Shown piece after piece: positions 1 to 12,412 of a stretch of DNA of 64,000 nt. The notes under the pieces were generated by a model. That model worked only from the letters and a program-made list of their open reading frames with translations, did not search any database and had not been told where the DNA came from. Numbering within the stretch: position 1 is the stretch's first letter; every line of letters starts with the position of its first letter. The DNA lies in contig OY253670.1 in the NCBI GenBank assembly GCA_958009085.1, positions 62,001-126,000 on the forward strand, read 5' to 3'. Source of the stretch: Protoeuglena noctilucae. Lineage: Eukaryota. Made by a program: the position numbers and the translations under genes.

Positions 1-1207
1 GGCACCCCCACGACCTCCGCCTCATCGTCTGCGCCTATGGCCTCCAGGTCCCCCGGCCCCAGCTGCTTCCCTTGCACCTCTGCACGCCCCGACGGACACC
101 ACCGGTCGTCCTGGGCCCTCCGCTGCGGGCAGGGAAGGCTGGCAATCACTGACCCTTACTTGTGGCACGACAACAGGGACCGAGTCTCACCACCATTACA
201 CAAGTGTCGTCAAAGACCACTCTCTCTGGCATGCCCGCTCCCACCACCACCGCCACCCCAGCCCCTCACCTCCGCAGCCCTCCCCGCCGCCTGCGTGGGC
301 GTCAACCCTCGCCGGCCCCCCACGTCGCCCCCCAGCTTGCGCGCACCCCCCCACGCCACCACAGCGCGCCTCTCAGCAGCGGCCAGCATCGCCTGACGCT
401 TCAGATTCTCAGGAACGTGCTGTGGAGGGAGAACGGGCACTGTGTGGCACCGAGATGCCGCACATACACAGCATCGCACGTTCACCAACACCCTCCATCA
501 TCTGCCACCCGCGCACCTTCCCACCCAGCCGCCCGGCGCTGGCGCCACCCCCGAAGCCATCCTCGGATTTCTTGAGGATTTCCCTTGCGATGTCCTGCTC
601 GCACTCCGCGGTGTACTCGTCCAGCAGCCGGTAGAAGGCCGAGTCGTGAGGGCCATGCGTGTTGTGCACCAGCTCATGCAGCTGGGGGGAGGGTGACAAA
701 GCGGGTGAGCACGGCAGCACTGCGCTCGTGCAGCGAAGGGTCAGGATGCGACACGGTACCATGCCAGCGGTGTGCGACTCAAGCAGCTGCGCAGGACACT
801 GCAATTCCCATCGCCATGCTGCCAGTGCGCTGCCCCACCAGGGTGCCGATGATGGACTCCTGGGAGAGGAAATCCAGGAACCGCCCGGCGCGGCGGAGGC
901 GCACGCGGATCTCCGCCCCTCCGTCCACGTTCAGGCCCAGCAGGTTTGGCTCGTGGGGATAGAACTCCTTCAGTACAGCTGCAGTGAGATGTCTCCGGCG
1001 CATCAAGGGCTGCGGGCGGGGCGAACTATGCTGCATCCGTGGCATCGGGGATTTGTGGCCATCGCCGCGCCGAATCGGCCCGTCGCGCACCTCAACGACG
1101 CGTGCAGCTGTCTTGAGAAGCATCTGAGCTGTCTCATCGTTGGCCTTTCCGAGCGTCTGGATCTCGCGGATGGGCGGGAGGTCGCGCAGCGTGTGGGTCC
1201 TCGCCAT
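1..1207 (-). CDS. WLM-domain (Wss1-like) zinc metalloprotease, multi-exon; 3' end probably runs off the window
   Basis: Spliced peptides PLMRRRHLTAAVLKEFYPHEPNLLGLNVDGGAEIRVRLRR...ESIIGTL and LHELVHNTHGPHDSAFYRLLD (HExxH plus downstream H) match WLM family motifs. Confidence 0.88.
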
Positions 1208-1683
1208 TCCCGAGGGTCCCTTATCCGACGACGGCGATGCAGGTAAGACAGGCGTATTCGTAAAACGAACTACGGGCAAGGCGCGCCGGCGATTGGACAA
1301 AGCAGGGCGTGGGCGAGCCAGAGTTCTAGTCTGGCGTGGCGCTTTGCAAGCCACGCTCTGTTTTCGACCCAATCCTCTGTCTTCAGGCACTACAGCATTT
1401 AGTTGTCGCCATCTGTAGCCAGGGGTGCACCAGGCGACCGCGCTGGAGGCGGAGAGCTACCTTGCGCGGAAGGAAGACGAATCGGTTTCAGGGAGCCCCT
1501 CGTGAGCTTGCGACGCTAAGACCATATTCAGAGGACGTCATTATCCTAATCCATGTAAAATCCATGCGCCAGCGTGGAAACGCTTGCTTAGAAACTCCCA
1601 ATCGTCGGCATCTCAAAATTCGCATGTCGGCCATCCGCAGCGTGCTAGGAAGCCTTACTCCCGGAATGCATCCCTTTTCCGCC

Positions 1684-2567
1684 ATGAATCGGCGCATCGA
1701 AGAGCAGGAGGCCACGGCGGCAACCCCGGTAAGCCCCGATTGGGACAAATTCACCGTAACAGCAGTGCCTCGGAGCGCGCCCCACACACTGCATGGACAC
1801 ATTCAGGCGCCTCCGCTCCCACCCCACCATCACACGAAACACCATCTCGTCCTGTCCGCAGAGCGCGCCCCACGCCATGGTGCCCCCCGTGTGGGCTGCG
1901 GCACAGTTTCGCCCGACCCCCTTCACAATCCCTCCTTACTCCAATTACCCGGGCTTCCTGTACGGTCCCAGCCTCGCGAGCTTTCCCCAACTCGCGGCAG
2001 CCTGGCACAGCGCCTTCATGTGCGATGCCCCTGCCCCTGGGCAGCCCCTGGTGGCCGGGCCGTGTGACCCCGCCCCCACCCTGCCGGTCAGCGCCGACTC
2101 CGCCAGCTCCGGCTGCAGCGAGTCGCAGAGGAAGGAGGGCAGCGGGGCGAGGAAGAAGGCGTGCCTGCCCAAGGCCAAGCCTGGGCAGCCCCGCCTGACC
2201 CTGGCGGAGGTCTCCATGGTGAGCCCTCTCAGCCAGCATCTAACCACCCAGCTGCCACCCACTGTAATCAGCTGTGGGACTGTGCGGCCGGCCTCGCACC
2301 CGTCTATCGCGGCTCATAATGCGTCCCTCTGACCCTCTCCCCTCGCAGTGGTACCACATGCCGATCGTTACGGCAGCCAGGCAGCTGGGCGTGAGCATGA
2401 CGGTGCTCAAGCAAGAGTGCCGCCTGCTGGGCCTCAAGCGGTGGCCCTACCGCAAGGTCAAGGGCCTGGCGCGGCTCGAGGAGCGGGCGCGGAAGCTCGC
2501 GGGCCCGGGGCTGGCCCACAAGCTGCAGGAGCTGGAAACCCTCCGCAGTGCGGTTGTGAGGACATGA
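1684..2567 (+). CDS. RWP-RK domain transcription factor (short RKD/MID-like architecture)
   Basis: LTLAEVSM|WYHMPIVTAARQLGVSMTVLKQECRLLGLKRWPYRKV; introns ~1729-1861 and ~2219-2348; start may be an upstream in-frame ATG such as 1624. Confidence 0.88.
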
Positions 2568-2794
2568 TTGCTTGCGTGGCCCCGGTTGTAGCCTCTGGCT
2601 TTTCTTGTCGCCGTCTTGCGAGACAGCGCCAGTCGGTGGAGCCCTAGAGCCGCGTCACCTTCATTGCTCGCGCCGACCACCCACTTCGCAATACGTTCAA
2701 TTTTTTGAGATGCTGAGGCAGTGAGCACAACGAAGGGTTCGGCATACACGCTCTCGACTTGGCGAGCCCGGCGTGGTTCTGCGGAGGCGTCCGC

Positions 2795-4540
2795 ATGAGG
2801 TGCTCTGGGGTGACGTCGTGCTCCCGCACGCCTGCCAATTTCTGTTACTTGGATGGGGCGCGCGGTCGCACATCGCGGATGTGGGCGAAAGAGCCCGCCG
2901 GGGTCGCTTGGGCAAGGATCCCGAAGCAGCCCTTATCGGGCGGCGCAGCACAGCGTCGGGGGCTGAGCGGCACCCGCGGTGGGCTTTTCAATTTGGATGC
3001 AAGTGATGCTGTCTTGGGGAGGACCCGCGTCCGCGCATCGGCAGCCACGACGCCGTCCGCGGGGGACATGCTGCCTGCGCTCACAGAGGACGACCGCACG
3101 CGGGCGCAGCTGTGGCTCGCCGCCGCCAAGCCGCCGATGTATACTGTCGCCATCGCTCCGGTCGTTGTCGGCGCAGCGCTCGCGAAGGTGCAGGCCGCGC
3201 GCGCAGCGGCGCCCGCGTGTGTCGCGTTATGTAAACGATCTCTGCGAGGCCGATGGCCAGCGCTCCCCCATCGGCGTGGTTGCGCTGCAGTCGTTTATGA
3301 CATATTCAATCCTCCGGTACGCAGGCGAGCCTAGGATATTTCCCCTGGTCGACGGTGTGGGACCTGACGTGGCCGTCCGTCCTCGTCATCCTCTGGCTCA
3401 ACTTGAGGTGCGTGCCTTGCCCGTCCCTGCCCTCTCCACCCACACAATGCGCGCGCGCGATCCGCTCGCGTCTGCCCCCGCAGCAACGACGCGTACGATG
3501 CCGAGACGGACGTGGACCGTGGGAAGGCTGAGTCGGTGGTGAACCTCACGGGGGGCAAGCGGGGGGCGGTGCTGGCGGCGTCACTCGCGGGTGAGGCGGC
3601 TCTGACGAGGTGGCGCGCAACGTCGCCCGCGACGGCACCCGCGGGAGGCGACAGAATGACAAGGATGCATGGCTCTCTCACACCCGCACCCGCAGTGCTG
3701 TTGGTGGGCGGCGGAGCACTCGTCCGCACGGTGCTCAGCACGGGCGGCGAGCTGCCCCTGGCGATGCTGGCGATCGCCATCGTCTGCGGATACGTCTACC
3801 AGGGACCGCCCTTCCGGTGACGACTGCCCACGCTCGCCTCGACACCGTCCCCTTCCCCTGCCAGCCTGGGTTCAACGCCCTCGCCCCGTTCGCGCAGGTG
3901 GAGTTACAAGGGCCTCGGCGAGCCCCTGTGCTTCGTGGCGTTTGGACCCCTGGCCACCGTGGCTTTCCACCTTTGCGCCAACGCCGGCAGCCCACTGCCG
4001 CTCTCCGCCGCCGCCTCCGTCCTCCCCTCGCTCCCCGCCGCCGTCTGGGGCTGCGCCTCCCTCGTCGGCCTCACCACCACCGCTGTCCTGTTCTGCTCCC
4101 ACTTCCACCAGGTCGATGGCGACAGGGCGGCCGGCAAGCGGTCCCCCGTGGCACGCATGGGCACTGCCGCCGCAGCCACCACGCTCGCCGCGGCCGTCGC
4201 CGCCTTCTACGCCGCCCTCGCCGCCCTCGCCGCCACCGGATGCCTCCCCGTCGCCGCTGCAGCATGGGGGTGAGGGCTTCGTAGCACTGAGCCACAACTC
4301 ACCAGTGTAGTTGTAGCCCTCTGCAGCCGCGTTGGCACACACAGAAGCCTCACCGCATCCACTGACGCTCTCTCTTCTCTTGCCCCCCGCAGGTCCCTCT
4401 CGGCCCCGCTGGCCCTCGTCATGGCGCGCCACGTCTGGCAGCACCACGACACCCCACGCCTGGTGCGCACGTCCAAGTTCCTGGCACTGAGGTGGCACGT
4501 GGCATTCTTCGTCCTCCTCTCCGCGGCCCTAGCTGCCTAG
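2795..4540 (+). CDS. MENA: DHNA phytyltransferase (UbiA family, phylloquinone synthesis), plastid-targeted
   Basis: LWLAAAKPPMYTVAIAPVVVG, NLSNDAYDAETDVDRGKAESVVNLTG, GYVYQGPPFRWSYKGLGEPLCF, LFCSHFHQVDGDRAAGKRSPVARMG. Confidence 0.93.
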
Positions 4541-5285
4541 ACGCAACCAGCTGCGAGCTGCTTTGGGTAGGCTGCGTGATGGGGCAGGTGCTCATCCCCG
4601 CATGCACAGTGTGTGTTGCATGGGGTGTGGTGTTCCATGAACGTCTCGCTTTTCTTTCTTTCTTTTTCCTCCCGCAATGGCTCGCTTTCAACCATCAATG
4701 AGACTGCTGATGAGAGCATGCGGGGTACGCCCGCCCACGGCTGACGCGGGAATGCAATCGGCGGCAGGGTGGGGCAGGGCTGTGCAGCGAGGATCGTGCA
4801 ACGAAAGGGACGACAGGGGCGGGGCGGCAGGGGCCGGGTAGCAAGGCGCGCGAGGACCGCAGCTCAAGAAGCGCGGGGTCGCTGGGCCAGGAAAAGCGGC
4901 CTACCCTCACTCCGATGGCATTGGAAAGGGGCGCGGGCGGGGACGGGCCCTGCAGAAGGTCCGGAGGGAGCTAGCGGGTAAGCCCGCGCAGCGTGGGCAA
5001 GGACTGCGGCACAGCACGTGGCGTGAGGCGCGCCGAGGGAAGGCCCGGGTCTGGGCTAAGCGAGGCCCAAAAGGGGCGCACGGGTAGGTGGCCTGGCTGT
5101 CGGGTGGGTTAGGGTGGGAACCACAGCGGGGATGCACGGGCAGGGTGGCCCGGTGGGCGAGCCGCCTGGGGGACTAGGATGCCTAGGAGGGCGGGCAAAG
5201 CCGAGCGATGGGACGGCGCCGGGCGCTGGGCTGGGGACGGACGGGGCACAGGAACGGATGCGACGGCGGGCGCGGCCGGGGCGAA

Positions 5286-5485
5286 NNNNNNNNNNNNNNN
5301 NNNNNNNNNNNNNNNNNNNNNNNNNNNNNNNNNNNNNNNNNNNNNNNNNNNNNNNNNNNNNNNNNNNNNNNNNNNNNNNNNNNNNNNNNNNNNNNNNNNN
5401 NNNNNNNNNNNNNNNNNNNNNNNNNNNNNNNNNNNNNNNNNNNNNNNNNNNNNNNNNNNNNNNNNNNNNNNNNNNNNNNNNNNNN
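5286..5485. other. Assembly gap (200 N)
   Basis: Run of N. Confidence 1.
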
Positions 5486-6483
5486 ACTCCGACACCCCGC
5501 AGCGCGCCCAAGGATCCCCATTTAGGCAGCATATCGCAACCGGCCACTCCTGGGAACCAGACGAACTCGCAGCGAAGCGCATGGGGTCACCCGGGCCCCC
5601 CCGGGCCCGTGCCGTCCGGCAAAGACGGCTGACGCACTTTCGCATCAACCGGCGCGCCCCAGCGAGCCGGCACGACGGCAGGAACGTCTCACGAGCAACA
5701 CTGAGGCCAGGAGCGCACCGCGACGCCAAGAAGGCCTCGCGCGCGCCGCCCAACCAGGCGGGCAAAAAAGCGAGCTCGGGGAAAGGCAAAAGTTCGGGCC
5801 CCCGAGAGCCCGCTCCCCCGCGATTCCCACGCGACGGCGGTTCATGAGCGGGAAGGGAGCGGCAACCGGGTGCGGGACCCCAGGGACGTTGGGGGCTCCC
5901 GAGCGGGGCGTCGAGGCGGGGGCGCGCGGCCACCTCGTGCCTCATATACCCGCGATATCCCCAGCGATGCGACGCGGCCCGGGTCAGGAGGCACCAAACA
6001 GCTCCCAGGGTCCCCCCTCGGAATAGGCCGAAAGGTGACGGCGTGGGTCGCGGGAACGTCACGGAAACAGCGTCAGGAGACCGCCTGCAGGCCAGGTGGA
6101 GGCCCCGGTGCACGGCAGCAGTCGCCTCACCTGAGCGCTTCACGCGCCCTACAAAATTCCCGGGAGCATGCTCAACATTCCATCGCCGTTGGCATGCATT
6201 ACGCTCGCAGCGATCTGAATTGGCGACGCCGGGCCCCGAGGCGTGTCCTTTCGCTCGGCGGCCCGGAACGCACGTCAGGACCCTGACCAGCACTTTTTGA
6301 CTCAGGGTCTTCCCCGGCCATCATTAGGCGGGCGCCATCGTCGACGTCCTCCGCATTATCGTGGCCATGGGCCTATCGGGAGGCGGCCGTTCTCCGCACG
6401 GCTAGAGGAGGGCAGGGCGCGCGCCTTCCAAGGCGCCCATCACACCGGCGAGGCCCGCTTAGATTGCGTCCAGCCGCGCATCG

Positions 6484-8122
6484 TATGCGGCACCTCCTGG
6501 ACGCCGCGACATCGGCCATTCCGTGGGTCGGCGTCCTCTGCATCCTCGTGACCATCTTCTTGACCTTGCTGTCGTTTGGGCTGGTGATCCCCGCGACGCC
6601 CTTGCGGGGCTGGGGCTTGCCCAACTATCAGAGCAACTGGGGAGCGGGCGTCACGCTGCAGCAAGTGCGGCGGCCGAAGAGCGCGCTCCTGCACGACGTG
6701 GTGGACCCGTCTTTGCTGACGTCGTCGTGGGTCGTCCCCGCCCCCGCTCTCGCGGCCTACCGGGGCGTGTGGGCAGTGTACTTCATTCTCACCCTCACGT
6801 TGCCGACCGCCGCGGGCTACGACAACGACCCCGCGCGCAACTACCTGCGATTCTTTACGCACTGGACCATCACGGCCACGGCCCTCCTGGGCCTATGGGG
6901 CCCGGCGGTGTTCCTCGTCGACCGCACTGCCCTCGGCCGCGTGAGTGCAAGAGCAGGAGCTCGCGTGGCGTCCCGTTCGCTGCTGCCATCTGCTGCCCTT
7001 GTCAGGTTCAACCTGCCAACTCACGCTCCTCCCAGGGAGTCTTCAAGCAGTCGCGTGGCAAAGAGGCCCCCGTGCGGCCCTCCACCGTGGACCTCGCCCC
7101 GCTTCCGTTCCAGCGGGGAGAGGGAGACGCGACGGAGCCCTCGGATGCGAAGCGTGGGGCTGGGGAAGAGACGCGGGCAAGGGACGTGGAGGGCGGGTGA
7201 GGAGCGGGGCAGCTGCAGGGGGACGGAGAGGGCATGGATGCAAAGAATTGCTGGTGTGAGGCCCGCGGACAGCCCCTTGCGTCGTCGGCCCTCCCAGTGA
7301 CCTGGCAGCCAAGGCGGGGGCAGACTACCGCAGTCGCTGGCGGTGGTACCACACGGGCTTCTACATCCTCTACACCGCCACGTGCCCCGCCGCCCCCATG
7401 CTCACCATGTTCTTCTGGGTGAGGCTCCAGCGCTCGACAGTCGCTTGCGACACCTCTGCTGTACGACTCCAGCGACCCCAGTGCTTGCACGCGCAGGCTC
7501 TGCTGTACGACACGACCCCATCAACCCCTCTATTCGCACGTGCAGGCTCTGCTGTACGACTCAAGCGACCCCTCGTACCGCAACTGGGGCGTGCGCGCCA
7601 GCAACGAGATGGTCCACGGGATCAACGTGGCAGTCTACGGTCTGGACGTGCAGCTCTCCGACGTGCCCCTCGCCACGTACCACTGGCTCTCCTGCTTCTC
7701 CTACGTCATCCTTTACGAGGTCTGTGCCAACGCGGGACCTGGGATGGCAGGCACTCGGGAGTCATGCAGTGCGTTGCGCAGGTGCCAGGCTCCATGCTAT
7801 TGTTTCCCGCAGGTCTACTCGTGGTTCGACTACGCGGTGGGGCGGCAGTGGGCGTACACGGACGTCGGGTGGGGCGCGGGCATCAACGTGGCCTTCGTTC
7901 TGGGCACGGTCGTGCTCCTCATGGTCGGCGGGGCAGTCATGCTGGGCCTGGCCATGATACGGTGCGTGCGTGGCAATGCATGAAAGTTCGCAGCGCCTGG
8001 GTCTGAGTGCGGCGCGCCATCCACGTGCCTTCCACGCCCCGTGGCCTTGCAGGGAAGTCGTGCTGGCGCGCATCAGGCCAAGGCGAGAGGGGGGCGCCGC
8101 GACGACGGAGTTGGAAGCGTGA
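6484..8122 (+). CDS. Multi-pass membrane protein, rolling stone / FAR-17a-like
   Basis: Hydrophobic helices with LRFFTHWT, LTMFFWALLY, MVHGINVAVYGLDVQLS and W-A-Y motifs; splices to a TGA at 8120. Confidence 0.65.
7455..7572 (+). repeat. Three degenerate tandem copies of acceptor plus exon start (GCAGGCTCTGCTGTACGAC...GACCCC)
   Basis: CTCTGCTGTACGAC seen directly at ~7454, ~7498 and ~7547. Confidence 0.9.
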
Positions 8123-8282
8123 GAGCGAGAGGGTGTGCGTTTTCATACTAATCACTAGGAGATAGGCGTGAGAAGTTAGGCCCGCGTAGGTAGAGAGCGG
8201 CCCCAGGCATGAAAGCACGAACAACAAGCACAGTTCCCGACAGATCAGACTAAGGGCGACGACAATGCATGCGATGCCTTTA

Positions 8283-10168
8283 TCAGAGCTGCAGCATGTC
8301 GGCCCCCATGCCCCCGAACACGGCGCCCCCGCTGCGCTGCCCGTCAGCCCCCGCGATAAAGGGGTTGTTCTTGAGTTCCAGGTACAGCGTGAACATGACG
8401 TGGAGGCTCTCGATGGGGTTGGGACCCACTGCACGCAGCAGCAGAGGGACTCCGTGGCTGTGAGTGACTCCGGTGACCTAGCACACTTGTGGGTCATCCA
8501 AGGGACTGCAGCCGCCCCCATGTTCCTCGCCTGGGATGTCCAGCAGGGGACACATGACGCGCACCATGTCGGCCACGTCCATGGGGAGGTTGCCGTCCGG
8601 CATGGCCACCGCCCGCACCACCTCCTCCACCTGCAAGGGTTGAGGGGGCAAAGGTTTCTCTTCTTCTAAAGAATTGCCTTGCACAAGGCAGCCACCCAGG
8701 CGAACGAAAGCGCAGAAAGCGCAGCGTGGCGACTCACCTCGGGCGTCCACGCCTCCATCAGGCCCTCGACGTCGGGCATGCGGATCGAGTAGGCCACGTC
8801 GGCCGTGGGGCGCTTGCCGTGCAGGGCCTCGACGCTGGCCACCCAGTCCTGCAGCCGACGCGACAGCTCGGCGCGTGCCTCGGAGGCCCCCGTGCCCTTG
8901 GCCTGGACCTGCAGGGCAGCGACAGTGAGGACCGGTTGGCTACTGTGGTAACACGGCGCAGTTGAAGCACAAGGGGGCAGGCCGCAAGAGTGAATGGACT
9001 GCCGCTTTGCCCACCCCACCTCCGCGACTTCGCTGACGGTCGTCCCTCCCCCGGCCTCGTCGTCCACCACGGCCTTGCCCAACGCCTTGAGCTTGAGGGC
9101 CAGCACGCTCCGGTCCGACTGCTTCAGCGACGGCTCGTCCAGCACCTGCAGCCCCAGCAGGTCCTCCTTGCCGTCTGGGCGGGGCACTTTCAAAAACTCG
9201 TCCATGTCTCCCAACGATGGGACATACTCGGGCAGGAAGGGGCGCACGCGGGTCTGCGGGAGCGAGAGCACGGCACGCGTGAGCTAGCGTCGCGTGGAGG
9301 ACGGGGGACGGCACTCGTGGCTGCCCAGGCTCGCCTGCAAGTCGACCGTCTTGGGCTTATACTGCGTGATGAAGGCGAACAGCTGCTTGAGCTCAGGCGG
9401 GGCGCCGATGTTCGCGTAGTCCCGGGCTTGGTATTCCCCGGGAACCCCCTGTGATGCCACGGGTCCCACGGAGGCGTCCGCGGGCTGGCTGGCCGGCGCG
9501 CGGCTCGGCATCGCGGGCACGTGGGTTGGATGCGACGGGGCCGCGGGTTCCGCCATCCCGCGGTTGGAGTCGTCGTCTGCGGCCAGCAGACGAACGCGGT
9601 GGGATGTCAAGGCTCGGGGCGCGGACTCGGGAGGCCGCAGCGCTACAGGCGCGGCAACAGCTCAAAATCGCCCGCAGTGGCATTCCAGGCCCGCGCGCGC
9701 CCGGTGCGAGGCGTTCCTTCCCCGGGAGGACCCCGCACCTCCTTCGGACGCGTATCCGTGGTCCAGGTCCTCCATCTCGTGCGGCGGGGTATCGCCGCGG
9801 CCGTCGTTGCCCTTCCCCCGCGGCTGGTCCAGGAACCCGCTCTCCTGCACGGGCTGCGCGGTGGGACAGCGTCGTGGATGCGACCCACGGGCGATGAGAG
9901 CAGCAGCGCATCACAGTACGGGTCCCGCGCGGCGACGGGCGACGAGGGGCGGGGAGCCGTGCCCGCATGTCGACACATGAGCCAGTCGCGCCTCCTAGCG
10001 AAGATCCGCCGCGGCCGGGCCGGAGGTGCGCAACATCCGGGTGCCCAGATACCAGCTCCTCACCGTCCCCCGCAGGCTGGAGCTCTCCCCGAGGTCGAAC
10101 TCCTCGTCGTGGGGCTGGTTCTGCACGCTGCGCATGGTGCTGCGCAGCGTGTCCTGCATCGCCGCCAT
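8283..10168 (-). CDS. IFT46: Intraflagellar transport protein 46
   Basis: NQPHDEEFDL; DYANIGAPPELKQLFAFITQYKP; PFLPEYVPSLGDMDEFLKVPRPDGKEDLLGLQVLDEPSLKQSD; MPDVEGLMEAW; IESLHVMFTLYLELKNNP. Confidence 0.95.
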
Positions 10169-11220
10169 CCCTGCGCCCGCTCGTGGGCGCCACGCGCGCG
10201 AGCACGCCGAGGAAGCGGGGAGGCCGCGGGGGCTTGGACGCTGGATGCCAGCCCTGCAGAACCGTACTCTGTGGGACCCCGCCAAGCTTATCTGAAACGG
10301 CCACCGGCGTCCCCACCTGCGTCTTATGCGTAATTGCCGCATCGGGGTGCCACGGTCAACTCGTGAGGCGCCGGTCTGCCAGTAGGGTCGTTCCCCATCC
10401 ACCGTCGCTGGGCGTAAGGCCGACAATGCCCGTTCTGCCTCCAATGAGCCGAGGTCGTGTGATTGCATGAGATGGCGCAGACGGCCACCGACTGCCCGGT
10501 GAGTGTGCGAGCCCGCCTGCGGGTGGCGGGGCCGCCGATGCGCGTTTCAATCTTTGCACAGCGCATTTCGACATCTCATCTTTGGCGGGGTGGAATGCGT
10601 TTGCTCTGAGACGCCGGTTGCGCTCGTTCACGTGAAAGTGCCGACCCGCGACGCCGAAGAACGAATTACCGCTCCCCTGCCTGGCTCCCGAATGGCTCGC
10701 AAATGTATAATAGCAAGTGTCTCCACCCAATGCGAGATGCCCACGGGCGGCGTCAAAATCGGGGGCGTCTACCCCCCTACTGGTAACCGACCCCCCGCGC
10801 CCCGCGCCCATCCTTCGCAGGGTTCCGGGGCAGCAGCGACGATGAACGGCGAAGTGGGCTACGCGCCGCGCCTCCCTTTCCCCTGGGCGCTCCCTGCGAC
10901 CGAGGGCCCGGCGGGTGCGTGCCCGCGTCAGCTCGGCGACCCCTGCCGGCCGGTCGCGCCCTGTATCGGCCGCGGCTCCCGCCGATCGCGCCCTTTTTGT
11001 CCTCGTCGCCCCTGCAGGGCACCCCTTCTTTCTCGCCGCGCCCCTGGGTGGGGCCCCCCTCCCCTGCGCCGCCCCGCACCCCACCTGGGCCTGCCGGAGA
11101 CCTCCCGGCGGCGACTCCTCGGAAGCCGGGTCCTCCGAGCCCCGCGAATACCTCGCCGCGCCGTCCTGGCGTCTCCCCGCCGAACGCACCCCCCCACCCT
11201 GCGCCGGTGAGGCTGCAGTG

Positions 11221-12412
11221 ATGGGGACGCCCCATGTCATGGCCACCCTACCCCTCCCCACGCCCGCGCCGATCCACCCCGGCCCGCCCGCCCTCCCCGC
11301 AGCGCACGAGCCCTGCCTGGTGGAGGCCTTCAAGGACCTGTGCCAGTGCCAGGGCTTCTTCGGCCCCTGCACGTGCTGCGCGGGGCCGTGCTTCTCGCGC
11401 CACGACACGTCCCTGCGCCACTTCTGCCTCTCCTGCCGCCGGGCCTTCTGCCAGGGCTGCGCCGGCGCCCACGAGGGCCATGCCTCGGTGCAGATCCGCC
11501 GCAGCAGCTACAAGGACGTCGTCAACGCACGCGACCTGGCCGGACTCCTCGACGTGGCGCGCGTGCAGGGCTACGTCATCAACGGCAAGAAGGTCGTCTT
11601 CATCCACCACCGGTGAGCCACGAGCGAAGGGTGGGGGTGTATGCGCAGGGAGACAGTGGAAGGGCTGTGTCCAAGAGCTGCGTGTCGTGTTGTTGTCTCG
11701 CAGGCCCCAGGCGCGACCCCCCAAGGGCCGTCGGCCCCCGAGCTACTGCAGCGCGTGCCACCGCCAGCTCCTCGACGCCTCCGTCGCCTACTGGTGAGCG
11801 CCGCTGCTGCCGGGTGGCACGTCTCACACCTGTGCGCCCCAGCCGCCCCATGCCCCTCACGCCCCCCGCCGCCCCTCCCGCAGCTCCCTCCAATGCCTCA
11901 TGGTCGGCGAGCACGGCGCCGCGCCCCTCTGCGCCCCCCCCCCCCCCCTCCCCCTGCCCGCCCCGCCCCTGCCCCTCCCAGCCGCCCCCTCCCGCGATGA
12001 CGACTGCGCCCCCACCGCCCGCAACAGCCCGCGGCCCTCCCAGCCGGCGCCGAGCAGCCCCCACTCGTGCGGGGAGGCCCGCAGGTCGGACGGCACCTGG
12101 GCGTGCGGGTGCGAGGCGCCAGGCGTGGCAGAGGCGGGCGTGGTGCGGATGCGACCCCCGACCGACGCCGCCGCGGGGATGCCGTACGCCCCCTGCGCCT
12201 CCCTCCCCTCGCCCGGCCGCGGCTACCTCGCCGCATTCGGCACCCCCGCCTTTGGCCCCCTCGCCCCTGCTCTCTCGGTGCCACTGCCGGGGCTGGCCTG
12301 CGAGGGTGCGGGGTCGGGGGACCTCGCCCAGCGCTTCGGAGGGCTGCTGATCCCCGCGCACCACCGGGGCTGCAAACGCAAGGGGTCTCCTTGCCGGTCG
12401 AGCATGGAGTGA
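11221..12412 (+). CDS. PLATZ zinc-dependent transcription factor
   Basis: FCLSCRRAFCQGC...HASVQIRRSSYKDVV...VQGYVINGKKVVFI, CSACHRQLLD...YCSLQC, C-terminal KRKGSPCRS. Confidence 0.93.

Noticed and set aside
4700..6400. ORFs spanning or flanking the first N gap
   Set aside because: Artefacts of the N run and high GC; no recognisable protein or transposon signature
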